Below, in pieces: positions 7,476-16,959 of a DNA stretch of 20,000 nucleotides (its first letter is position 1; each line of letters starts with the position of its first letter). The notes below the pieces were generated by a model. It had not been told where the DNA came from. It ran no database searches and saw only the letters and a program-made list of their open reading frames with translations. Made by a program: the position numbers and the translations under genes. This DNA comes from Barthelona sp. PAP020 (lineage: Eukaryota), in NCBI GenBank assembly GCA_040182905.1, contig JARQWU010000021.1:60783-80782 (forward strand). The letters are read 5' to 3'.

Positions 7476-10250
7476 ATGGATGATTTTGATGATGAGTTTG
7501 GTGATGAATTTGGTGATGAATCTGAAAAAGAATTTTCAGATGATTTGAATAAGTCAACCAATAATGAATCAGTAAAGCAAAAATTTGAAGATAACAATAT
7601 GACATTTACAAATGAAAATGATGAAAACAACAGTGGAGTTGATAGTACTTCTTTAAATAATGATGATGATGATGATGAATTTCAAGAAATTGATGATGAT
7701 TTTGATGATGAATTGCAAGAAGAAGATAATGAAATTGAAGATGACAATTTTAAATCTCAAACAAAGATGGCTCATCCTCGATTACAAATTTCTACTACAA
7801 AAGTTACAGGATCATCTGATTTAGATGATGTGAATGAAACAAAAAATCAGAATTCTTTTCAAAAATCAACAAAAAAAGTAAAAAAATCTTCGAAACATAA
7901 AAAAAGAGAAAGAATCACATCTTCGAAAAGAGCATCAATGTATGGGCGTTCAACAGATGGTGAATTGATTGCATTAAGAAAAAAAATGGATATATATCAA
8001 CGAGAAAATCATGCTTTACGAAGAAAGTTGGAAACATGTAGCACAGGGATTGAAAGAATTACAGATCTACAAAATCTTGTTGCTGAAAAGGAAGCTACAA
8101 ATGAACAATTAATGACAGAGAATAAAACACTGCAAAAAGTTATCAAAACTCAAGAAAAAGAATTATTAAAACCAGATACTAAAGATGAAGAGATTGATCG
8201 ACTTGTGAATGAAGTCAATGGATTGAGTGGGAATTTTCGCACAGCTCAAAAGCGTTTAAATGAATTACGTGAAAAGAATCATGATTTGATGGCAAATAAT
8301 GAACAAATTAAAGCAATTAATGGTACATTGAAAAGAATAATGGAAGCTCATGATATCAATGCTGATGATCAATTAAAACAACTGGAGACCATTGATGTTT
8401 TCGCAAAAATTAAAGGATTGGAAACACAATTAGAAGAATTAACAAGAACAATTGATTTTAAAGAGGCGAAAATTAATACTTTGAAAAAAGCGAAAATAAG
8501 TGTCGAAGATCGCTTGAAAGGGGAATTACACATAATGTATGAGAAGATTGCAGAAAAAGAAATTGAAAATACCACTCTGCAAACTCAATTGCAAGAAGCA
8601 TTGAAAGAAGCAAGAAGCAAGCCTGCTATTATTTTTAGGGATAGTCCTTTAACCTCCACTACCAGTGGGAAAAAAGAAGATAAAAAAACTGAAATTGAAA
8701 AAAAGAAGAAAAAAGAACATGCTATCACACTTGATTGTGATGAAGATCCAGAGTCTAGAACTAAAAAAGGAAAAAGTTCAAAAAAGAAAAAAGTTAAGAA
8801 AGAGAGAAAAAGTAGAAAAAATAAAGGAAAAAAAACAAAGAACATTGTTGAAACAACGGAAGAGGAAGAATTTGAAGAGGAAGAAGAAGAAGAAGTAGAA
8901 GAAAACACTTTTATTACGAATGCTTTGGTTCCTGAATTTGATGATAATGTTGTTTTGGTTGAGGAAAAAGAAAATTATGATTTGTCTTCAAAAAAAAAAG
9001 AAAAACCTATCATTGAGTCAATTGATATGCCACAAATGGAGACTGAATCTCTTGGAAAGATGCAAATGGAACAAACTGCAAGAAAAACGGAAAAACAAAC
9101 CAATTTGGAAGTTGAAGCTCCTGAATTAGCTGATGTTGCATATTTTGCTGAAGAAGATAATGATCTAAACGATAATTTAGAAGCAAAACAAAGAGAAAAT
9201 GATATTATTAATGAAGATTTTAATCTGGAAGACAATGATATCAATTCTACAATTATTGATAGCGAAACTCATGAAATTATTGAAAATGAAATCATCAATC
9301 GACCAATTTCTGTTTTAAGTGCAAAAAAAAAGAACAATAATAGCAGTAGAAACAGTAATCGAACTAATAGTAACACTGAAAAAAGGCGGGTTGGAACAGA
9401 TCAAAAAACAAATTCTAATTCAGGGAAAGGTGATAAAGCCTTTGAACACAATAATTATCATGCATCTGAAATTTCTATTACCACAAACAGCAAACAAAAT
9501 AAAAATACATTCAATATCAATAATAGTGATGATGAAAACAATAAGAATGCTGAATATTTTGAAGAAGTTGATGATTTTGAAGATGATATTGATTTCAATG
9601 AGCACACCCAAGATCTATTTGAAGATAAAGACAAAACAAATAGTATTTTTGGTAATGATGAAGATAATCAATGGTCTGAAAATGAGCATGAAACAAAACC
9701 AAATATAAATGGTCCAAAAAGTCCAAAATCAGAAAAAAGCCAAAATGAATTTGATATTGAGATTCAACCTCAATTCGAAAAACAAGACACAGATGATTTA
9801 TTCAAAAACGATGACTTTTTAGCTGGGAATACCATTGGAAAAGAAAGTGAACTCAATGAAAATAAGAACAGTTCCAGTGATCTTTTTGGTTCTTCATATA
9901 ATCAGAAATTATTTGAAAAGAAAAATGATGATCCTTTGAGTGATCTCTTTTCTTCCAATGGTGATAAAAAATCAATGAAAGAAAAGAGCTTCATAAACGA
10001 AAAGAGTAATTCTACACGAAGCTTCAATAATGATTTTGATGAAATTTTTTCGACCAATTCAAATAAAAACAAGGTAAACAATTCCAACATTTTTAACACA
10101 TCAGAAAATGACTTGTTTGGTGAATTTAATAATGATAAAACCAATACAAAAGATAAAACTGGATTTTTGGATGAAATACCAATAAAGAAAAGTAATACTT
10201 TGAACAATAATTTATTTGGTAATGATGGTATAAACGATCTCTTTATGTAA
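7476..10250 (+). CDS. Lebercilin (LCA5)-domain-like coiled-coil protein with long acidic/Asn-rich low-complexity regions
   Basis: 924-aa ORF. ITDLQNLVAEKEATNEQLMTENKTLQKVIKTQEKEL matches the lebercilin pattern I-x-[ED]-L-Q-N...ENK-x-L...QEK-x-L, within a long coiled coil. Confidence 0.65.
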   Translation: MDDFDDEFGDEFGDESEKEFSDDLNKSTNNESVKQKFEDNNMTFTNENDENNSGVDSTSLNNDDDDDEFQEIDDDFDDELQEEDNEIEDDNFKSQTKMAHPRLQISTTKVTGSSDLDDVNETKNQNSFQKSTKKVKKSSKHKKRERITSSKRASMYGRSTDGELIALRKKMDIYQRENHALRRKLETCSTGIERITDLQNLVAEKEATNEQLMTENKTLQKVIKTQEKELLKPDTKDEEIDRLVNEVNGLSGNFRTAQKRLNELREKNHDLMANNEQIKAINGTLKRIMEAHDINADDQLKQLETIDVFAKIKGLETQLEELTRTIDFKEAKINTLKKAKISVEDRLKGELHIMYEKIAEKEIENTTLQTQLQEALKEARSKPAIIFRDSPLTSTTSGKKEDKKTEIEKKKKKEHAITLDCDEDPESRTKKGKSSKKKKVKKERKSRKNKGKKTKNIVETTEEEEFEEEEEEEVEENTFITNALVPEFDDNVVLVEEKENYDLSSKKKEKPIIESIDMPQMETESLGKMQMEQTARKTEKQTNLEVEAPELADVAYFAEEDNDLNDNLEAKQRENDIINEDFNLEDNDINSTIIDSETHEIIENEIINRPISVLSAKKKNNNSSRNSNRTNSNTEKRRVGTDQKTNSNSGKGDKAFEHNNYHASEISITTNSKQNKNTFNINNSDDENNKNAEYFEEVDDFEDDIDFNEHTQDLFEDKDKTNSIFGNDEDNQWSENEHETKPNINGPKSPKSEKSQNEFDIEIQPQFEKQDTDDLFKNDDFLAGNTIGKESELNENKNSSSDLFGSSYNQKLFEKKNDDPLSDLFSSNGDKKSMKEKSFINEKSNSTRSFNNDFDEIFSTNSNKNKVNNSNIFNTSENDLFGEFNNDKTNTKDKTGFLDEIPIKKSNTLNNNLFGNDGINDLFM

Positions 10251-10321
10251 ACTTGTAAAACTATATTGTTTTTTTATTTTTGATTTGTTAACAAAAAAAT
10301 GTCAAATTTTACACACTATTG

Positions 10322-10750
10322 TTACTTCTTGTATTGGTCGAAATAGCCAAGAATACCATCACAAGCTTCATGAAGAGGAGTAGCATTTAATCCAGGAGGT
10401 GCATTTTCCTTAGGAGCTTCATAAACAACACAAGTAATCTTACCATCTCTAACTCCATAAAGACCTTCACCACCCTTACGACAATAGAATCTGGGTCTTT
10501 CATCTTCATCATCCATTCCATCAGGATCAGCCATAACAATCATGAACTTACCACCAGCTAAATTGATGTAAGAACCAACATTACTCCTGTCTGAAGCAGT
10601 AACAATCTTTTTACCAGCATTGTCATCAGCAGGATTGAGGTAAGCAGAAGTGGTGCACCACATAGTACCATTTTCATCGAAAATAGAAATTCCTTGAACC
10701 TTAGGGAAATATTGATGAAGTTGAGCAATATAAGTATTCCAATCAGACAT
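10322..10750 (-). CDS. Profilin
   Basis: MSDWNTYI N-terminus, ISIFDENGTMW, INLAGGKFMIV, RKGGEG and a C-terminal helix; 142 aa. Codon usage looks like that of a highly expressed gene. Confidence 0.9.
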   Translation of the reverse strand: MSDWNTYIAQLHQYFPKVQGISIFDENGTMWCTTSAYLNPADDNAGKKIVTASDRSNVGSYINLAGGKFMIVMADPDGMDDEDERPRFYCRKGGEGLYGVRDGKITCVVYEAPKENAPPGLNATPLHEACDGILGYFDQYKK

Positions 10751-10752
10751 TA

Positions 10753-10817
10753 CTGCGAAAAATTAGTATATAATTTCAATAAAAACGTATGAAATAACGA
10801 AAAAACACAAAACATAC
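10753..10817 (-). other. Putative 65-nt intron in the profilin 5' UTR
   Basis: Minus strand reads GTATGT (10817-10812) ... TACTAA TTTTTCGCAG, ending 2 nt before the ATG. Same donor and same branch-to-AG spacing as the saposin intron. Confidence 0.75.
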
Positions 10818-11035
10818 TGATTAATACAAGAGAGATAAAAGAAAAATACAAATAAAAAAGACAAAGAATTTTTTTTTTTTTTTTGATGATGATTGAATCT
10901 CATTTTTGAATTTTTTTTTTTTTTTTTTGTAGTTTTTATTTTTCTCTTTTTACTGTTTAATTTTTGATGTAAAAAAGAAATACCAAACAAATTTATAAAA
11001 GAAACTTCAAAAAAAATCAAAATTTCAACAACACT

Positions 11036-13258
11036 TTATTTTTCCTTTGATTCATCACCATTAGAAGATGTTTTCCTCCTTATTAAATTAAAAATATTGA
11101 ATAATATTTCATTAATACTGGGAAAATCAACATCTATCTGATAATATTTATTAAAAAAATAGAAACCAACCAAAAGAATCATTGTTATAAAGAAAGGCAA
11201 GGGATGAAAGAAAAATTTATGATACCTTAACATCAAAATTAAAACAACAAATACATAATATTTCAAAGAATCATCAAATATTGATAAAGAATTTTGTTGC
11301 ATCTTTAATCTATCAACAACTAAATTTAAATCATTTTGTTTTGATGAGATGAAAGTAGATTTTAAATTTTCAATTTTGCCTGCTTCAAGAAGATTCAAAA
11401 AAACATGACAATTTTCTTTTTTTATGCTTACGAAAGGAAGGCTTTCATAATCCACAGATATGTTCTCAAAATCGAACCTAAATTGATAATTGAAAGTGTC
11501 ATTTAAAAAGGAAAAACTTAATTCAATCGCATCATCAAAAGCTTCATAAACAATATCAATATTATTCAAATTTAATGGTGGATCTGATAAAATCCAATCG
11601 TTTCTGAAAAGATTCCAATTTTTTTCAAACTTTTGAGACATCAATGAAAATATTCTATCGTTAACAACATTTTCTTTCAAATATTTGATGAATAATTCAA
11701 TCAATCTATTAATAAGTTGGTTTTTAGTTGAAATTAATGAAATATATGGTAACACAGAGGATTGAATGAAATTTTCAAAAACATCAAAATAATCATCCAT
11801 TGTCTTATCAAAATTTACATTTGATTCCAAAATTTGATACAAAATTTGAATTGAATGAACTTCAACGCAATCTTCAAATTTTTCAAGAATACTTTTTTTG
11901 AAGTTAGAAAATAAATCATCAATTGCTAAGCAAAAATTCTTCACTGTTAAATCATACTCTTTGATAAATAAAGAACCATCAATCAATTGTTCATTCAATT
12001 TGTCTTCCAAAAGTTTGAAGAAATCTTCATCAATATTGCTTTCAATATATTTTTTCAAATCAATATCAAAAGGACTATCAACAAATCTTAATTGATTTTC
12101 AAAATCTTTTTGACAATTAAATATTTCAGTTGAAAAGTTTGCAAAATGTTCTTTGAATATTTTCTCGCAAAATTCTTGGAAAACACTCAAACAACTCACA
12201 TCAATGTATTCTTTCAATTTATCATGATATTCAATAACAGCATCTTTATCATAACCATCCATCAATTCATCAAACTCTTCTAAAACTTTCATACATTCTT
12301 CAAAAATAACCTTTGGCTCAAAATGTAATTCAGACCCAGAAATAATGGCTGTTATTTGAACTTTCTTTTTTTGCATATTTTCATCTGCTTTAACCCTTGC
12401 TAATAAATTTTTTAATCGTGGCAGATTAAAGTCTTCATTATTCATAATCTTCTCCCAAGTTTCTTCAAAATACATTTGAGTATCTCTAAATGGGACATTG
12501 TTTAATTTCCTTGTCATTTGACAGTTATTCACAATATCATTCAACAACACCTTTATATTATCACATTCATCAACAAATTCTTCTCTAAAAAAAGAATAAT
12601 GAGGTAAAAGCAAAATCCGTAAATCAAACATATCCTTTAAATTTATATGTTTCCATTCATCAAATTTTTCCACAATATTTTTCCACAAATCTTGAAAAAT
12701 TTCTTCTATTTGTAATTTTGTTGCTTTCTTCGATTGTTCAATATCAGTAGTTGTCGAAAAATCTCGAATTAGTACTAATAATGTTGTTTTTTGAAGATCA
12801 GTTTTACTTGCAGCAAAATACTTAAGATTTGCCTCAAATACACTTTCAAGAAGAGGAATATTACTTGCATCTCGCCTTCCAATGTCAGAATACCATATAT
12901 TTACAAATAAAATATCACTAAGAACAAAACTCATCAAACCAAACTTCTTTTCAAAACTCTCATCTGCATTTCGCTGAATAGAATCAGAACCTTCACAATC
13001 TAAAATCAATTTGCCTTCTGAAGATGATTGAACCCAAATACCCAAAGTTGTTTGAGTACCGATTGCCTCTGGCTCTCTAATCGCAAAATCAGTATCAAAT
13101 AAACAATTCAATATTGTGGATTTTCCACTGCTTTGAGGTCCAATAACTGATATTATTTTTATATCTTGTTCATAAACTCTATAATTCAAAAAATCTTGTA
13201 AATGATCGCAAAATTTTGCTTCTTCATTAATCATTTGAAATGATTTTCCATATGTCAT
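11036..13258 (-). CDS. SEY1: Sey1/RHD3 dynamin-like GTPase (homotypic ER membrane fusion)
   Basis: ISVIGPQSSGKSTILNCLF (P-loop), QTTLGIW, DCEGSDS.R...FEKK, VNIWYSDIGR..ASNIPLL..VFEANL, a helical stalk and a C-terminal transmembrane hairpin. Confidence 0.92.
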   Translation of the reverse strand: MTYGKSFQMINEEAKFCDHLQDFLNYRVYEQDIKIISVIGPQSSGKSTILNCLFDTDFAIREPEAIGTQTTLGIWVQSSSEGKLILDCEGSDSIQRNADESFEKKFGLMSFVLSDILFVNIWYSDIGRRDASNIPLLESVFEANLKYFAASKTDLQKTTLLVLIRDFSTTTDIEQSKKATKLQIEEIFQDLWKNIVEKFDEWKHINLKDMFDLRILLLPHYSFFREEFVDECDNIKVLLNDIVNNCQMTRKLNNVPFRDTQMYFEETWEKIMNNEDFNLPRLKNLLARVKADENMQKKKVQITAIISGSELHFEPKVIFEECMKVLEEFDELMDGYDKDAVIEYHDKLKEYIDVSCLSVFQEFCEKIFKEHFANFSTEIFNCQKDFENQLRFVDSPFDIDLKKYIESNIDEDFFKLLEDKLNEQLIDGSLFIKEYDLTVKNFCLAIDDLFSNFKKSILEKFEDCVEVHSIQILYQILESNVNFDKTMDDYFDVFENFIQSSVLPYISLISTKNQLINRLIELFIKYLKENVVNDRIFSLMSQKFEKNWNLFRNDWILSDPPLNLNNIDIVYEAFDDAIELSFSFLNDTFNYQFRFDFENISVDYESLPFVSIKKENCHVFLNLLEAGKIENLKSTFISSKQNDLNLVVDRLKMQQNSLSIFDDSLKYYVFVVLILMLRYHKFFFHPLPFFITMILLVGFYFFNKYYQIDVDFPSINEILFNIFNLIRRKTSSNGDESKEK

Positions 13259-13605
13259 TTTTAATTATTACCACAAAATATACAATTCAAAAAAAAAATT
13301 CTTGATATTTTTTCTTGTTTTGAATATAACCATTTGAAAAATAGCTAATAAAAACCAAGTTTTCGAAGTTATTGTTTTACAAGTTTTTAAAGGAAAACTT
13401 GAATTGAATTACAATTAGTCTTTTACAAACCCAAAATTGACTAATTTTGGAAAATTTGTGGTGTTTATCAACTCTTCAAAAAGAATTTTTTTTAAAATAA
13501 ATGAAAATGACAAACTAATTTACGAAAAGGAAAAAAAAATGAATTTCTGAGGATAACAATGCCGTAAAGTAATACTACTTCCTTCAAAGAAACTCATTTA
13601 AAATT

Positions 13606-16600
13606 TTAACTCAACCAAAATTCTTTAACTAAACCTTCTAATTCAACTTTCATTCTATGAATTAAAGCAAATGTATTTCGAACCCCAAAAACTGGTTTCT
13701 TTTTGCTGTTATTTATATCTCCACAAACAATCAAATCTTTAAGATTGGGTATTATCGCTTTTTGTGGTAAAAATTTGGGAACTTTCCAAATGATACCGAT
13801 TGAAGAAAATTCACGATTAAAACAGATGTGGCAATCATCAGAGAACTTTGAGGCAAAATTGTTGCAAGCCATTTCTAGGATATTGAAATTGAAAAGTAAA
13901 TTCTCATGGGTGAATTCTTTGACCAAAGTTAAATCCATGTTCTTGAATTTAGAATCTGAATTTTGAATATCAAAAGGGTTTCTCAAATAGAAAATGATAT
14001 CAAAGGTATTTCTGGCAATTTCTTCATCAAAGGCTAACATAGAAGTTGCAGTTTTTTCTCCAGCAATTATTTTTCCTTGAGAAACATTCTTCAAAAGTTC
14101 CAAATGTTTGGTAGCAAGATCAACAAATCTCAGAATTGTTTCTTTGTCAATAGATTTGGTGAACACTTCACCATCCAAATCAAAATCTGTATGTAAATAA
14201 ATATGAGGATACTGTTCAATATTTTCATATACTTTTTTGATAACATCTTTCAAGTCTTTTGAATAATCAGGAAATTCATTGGTCAAAAAGAAATGATTGT
14301 TGAAACTGTGACCGACCGAAACAAGAGAAATAGCTTTGAATGTTTGAATGATAATTTGATAAACTGACAAACATGATCGGGATAAAGCCCTTGCGTTATC
14401 CTGAAAAATGGCTAACACAAGCAGTTCCATTGCCTCATCACAAATATTTAACCAATGTGAATCTTTCCAAGTCTTTAGCCAACGAATTGCAACACCAATT
14501 TCAGGAACTTTGGCTATTGCACTTTCAACAAATGTGTGTAGTCTGGGAATAATGACGTTGGTTCTCATATAATTGTCCAATTCAATATTTTCTTTGTTTT
14601 GTTCATTTTGAACCTTCATCAAGAAAGCCATTCTTGGAACAAAAATGTGAATGTTAAAGGCAATACCATTCAAAATAATAATTATTTCATTTCGTTTGAC
14701 TACACTAAACAGGGTCTGACCATATAATTTCGAATATTGGTCTCTTAATTGAGCTTGCATTTGAACATAAAACCCAGATAAAATGACATTCATCGCATTG
14801 ATATCATCAGGCCATGATCCACTGTGAACCATTTCCATAACAACTCCATACGTGGGAACATTCATTTGAACATCTTCAATTGGCATTTGCAATGGCTCAA
14901 TCATATAGGCACAACTACCTCTTAATACGTCACTGATTGCTGAAACACGTTTAACTTGCAAAGGTAATTTCAATTTAAATAAAATAGAAGACAATCTAGC
15001 AAATGACGTGGCAGCAACATCATATGAACCCAAATTTCTTCTGAAAATATCAGGGGTTCTCACACTCAATTCATAATCTTCGCTGGTATCTTCCAAAGAA
15101 CTAACACCATCATCATAAAATAACCTGGTCAATAAGTAATCAACCACAGTAACCAAAGTGCTAATACTAGTGGTATTTTCATCAAACACAACAGTTTCTA
15201 ATTGGTTACCATCTTCAAATGCTCTAATTTCACTGACACTACCCCAAAAGTCTCTAAATTTGTTACCTGCATTAGTTTGGGTTGGAGGTCCCTTCAACAA
15301 AGTCGAATGCATTTCTTGTTCATTGAAAGAGAAATAAAACACAATTTCATCTTCAAATATCTCGTAATACACATCAGTAATAAGAGAAACGTTCGTGTTC
15401 AAACTTTGAACAAATTTTGTCAAAACATGCATTTGAAAATATGCATCCAGACAGAATTTTTTCAATTCTTCTTTTAAAGAACCATTGCACTGATGCCATC
15501 TTTCCAACAATCCTTTTAGAGATATGCAAGCATCAAACCTAACGTAAGAGGGTCGACTTTGCAAAAAGAGTTCTTTAAAAACAAACTCTCCATTTAGCTC
15601 ATCATGTCTCATTAAAAGTTCCAAAGATGAACTCATTAGTCGTTCATATTCACTTAAAACGTTCAATGTAATAGGATATAACAAATTCTTACCTTGATAT
15701 AACAAACAACCAAATCCCAAATCTTTAAACTGCTCAATGTCTGAGGTATCCATTTTTTCATTTTCTCTCAATAACTTCATTCTTTCAACTGTTCCCATAT
15801 CTTCAGGTATTTTTCTGCCACCAAGACTAAACCCCTTGGAAAATGAACCATCACTAATGAACTTTAAGACTATTCTCATAATTTCAATGGGACTTGAGTA
15901 TTTATTGATAATTCCCTTCTTGTTCACAGCAAGGATTGTGCACTCAAAGAGATGTTCAGACAAGGGTAAATTGCATGTATTATTCCACTTTTTTAACAAA
16001 AACATCCCATTTGACAGGGCAGGAATGTTCTTAAATAAGGGTTTCAATAATTCATTCAATTGCAAACTCATTTGCAAACGTTGCAATTCTAAATTATAAA
16101 TAATTGTACCTTGTACTTTATCATCATCCTCATATTCTTCTTCTCCACCAAATATATTGTTCAAAAAATTTGCTTTCACATTTTTAGCATCCAAACCAAC
16201 TCTATTCATATAAAGTTCAGGAATTAATGCATCAATCTTCAATAAAAAGCTCTTTTTATCTTGGTAAAAACATTTGACCGTAATAGTAGGGACTAATTTG
16301 TTGGTTTCATAAAAAAATTCAACTTCCTCAGAAATATTAAGTAATAAAGACGCTAAATGAGCTTGATAAATCGAAAGCTTATCAAAAACTAAATAATTTC
16401 GATAGTCTTTGTTGTCAAAACATTGTTCACCATACAACGCGTATAAATGAATAATTGGATCTTTTTTTGATGTGTAGTTGTATAAATATTCACCGTATAA
16501 GGAATATTCAGGCTTTTGAAAATTCAACATTCTTTTGTCCAATTTTTCCATGTTGTTTCTCAGTATTTTATCTTCAAAAACATTTGGATATTCAGTAAAA

Positions 16601-16746
16601 AAGGTATTCATATGACATTTAACTGAATCAATACCATCTAAAAAGGGGGATATTTTGGTTTTGAAAAACTCAAATATGTTGTTGAATTGCTTACTCGTTA
16701 TTATCTCCTTGCCTAAAATATCATTTTCAATCAGTTGGTTCAACAT
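13606..16746 (-). CDS. UTP22: U3 snoRNA-associated protein 22 / NOL6 (Nrap family)
   Basis: Nrap motifs KGPP.....FRDFWGSVSEIRAFEDG...ETVVF, KLPLQV, SGSWPDD..AM and RWLKTW..SHWL...EAMELLV. The true start may be the ATG at 16845 (see findings). Confidence 0.9.
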   Translation of the reverse strand: MLNQLIENDILGKEIITSKQFNNIFEFFKTKISPFLDGIDSVKCHMNTFFTEYPNVFEDKILRNNMEKLDKRMLNFQKPEYSLYGEYLYNYTSKKDPIIHLYALYGEQCFDNKDYRNYLVFDKLSIYQAHLASLLLNISEEVEFFYETNKLVPTITVKCFYQDKKSFLLKIDALIPELYMNRVGLDAKNVKANFLNNIFGGEEEYEDDDKVQGTIIYNLELQRLQMSLQLNELLKPLFKNIPALSNGMFLLKKWNNTCNLPLSEHLFECTILAVNKKGIINKYSSPIEIMRIVLKFISDGSFSKGFSLGGRKIPEDMGTVERMKLLRENEKMDTSDIEQFKDLGFGCLLYQGKNLLYPITLNVLSEYERLMSSSLELLMRHDELNGEFVFKELFLQSRPSYVRFDACISLKGLLERWHQCNGSLKEELKKFCLDAYFQMHVLTKFVQSLNTNVSLITDVYYEIFEDEIVFYFSFNEQEMHSTLLKGPPTQTNAGNKFRDFWGSVSEIRAFEDGNQLETVVFDENTTSISTLVTVVDYLLTRLFYDDGVSSLEDTSEDYELSVRTPDIFRRNLGSYDVAATSFARLSSILFKLKLPLQVKRVSAISDVLRGSCAYMIEPLQMPIEDVQMNVPTYGVVMEMVHSGSWPDDINAMNVILSGFYVQMQAQLRDQYSKLYGQTLFSVVKRNEIIIILNGIAFNIHIFVPRMAFLMKVQNEQNKENIELDNYMRTNVIIPRLHTFVESAIAKVPEIGVAIRWLKTWKDSHWLNICDEAMELLVLAIFQDNARALSRSCLSVYQIIIQTFKAISLVSVGHSFNNHFFLTNEFPDYSKDLKDVIKKVYENIEQYPHIYLHTDFDLDGEVFTKSIDKETILRFVDLATKHLELLKNVSQGKIIAGEKTATSMLAFDEEIARNTFDIIFYLRNPFDIQNSDSKFKNMDLTLVKEFTHENLLFNFNILEMACNNFASKFSDDCHICFNREFSSIGIIWKVPKFLPQKAIIPNLKDLIVCGDINNSKKKPVFGVRNTFALIHRMKVELEGLVKEFWLS

Positions 16747-16959
16747 AACAAAAAGTTTTGACCAATAAAAAGAATCAACTTTGAAAAACTACAATTCTAT
16801 TTTCTCAATTGTTGAATTTCGAGAGTGATTGGTTAAATCTGTCATGAATAATAAAGAACAAACTTTTATTGGGAAGAAAAAAAGTGAAATGAAATTATCT
16901 GTTTATTAAAAAAAAAGTTTCCACCTTCAGAAAACATGCTGTACATTATAATTTGCTAT

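Noticed and set aside
7442..10207. Many overlapping short ORFs within the 924-aa gene, and similar ones inside the saposin, SEY1, UTP22 and smsCB genes
   Set aside because: Expected antisense or alternate-frame artefacts of biased codon usage; no recognisable motifs.
10763..11020. 85-aa ORF upstream of profilin
   Set aside because: Composed of poly-A/T tracts and overlaps the predicted 5' UTR intron.
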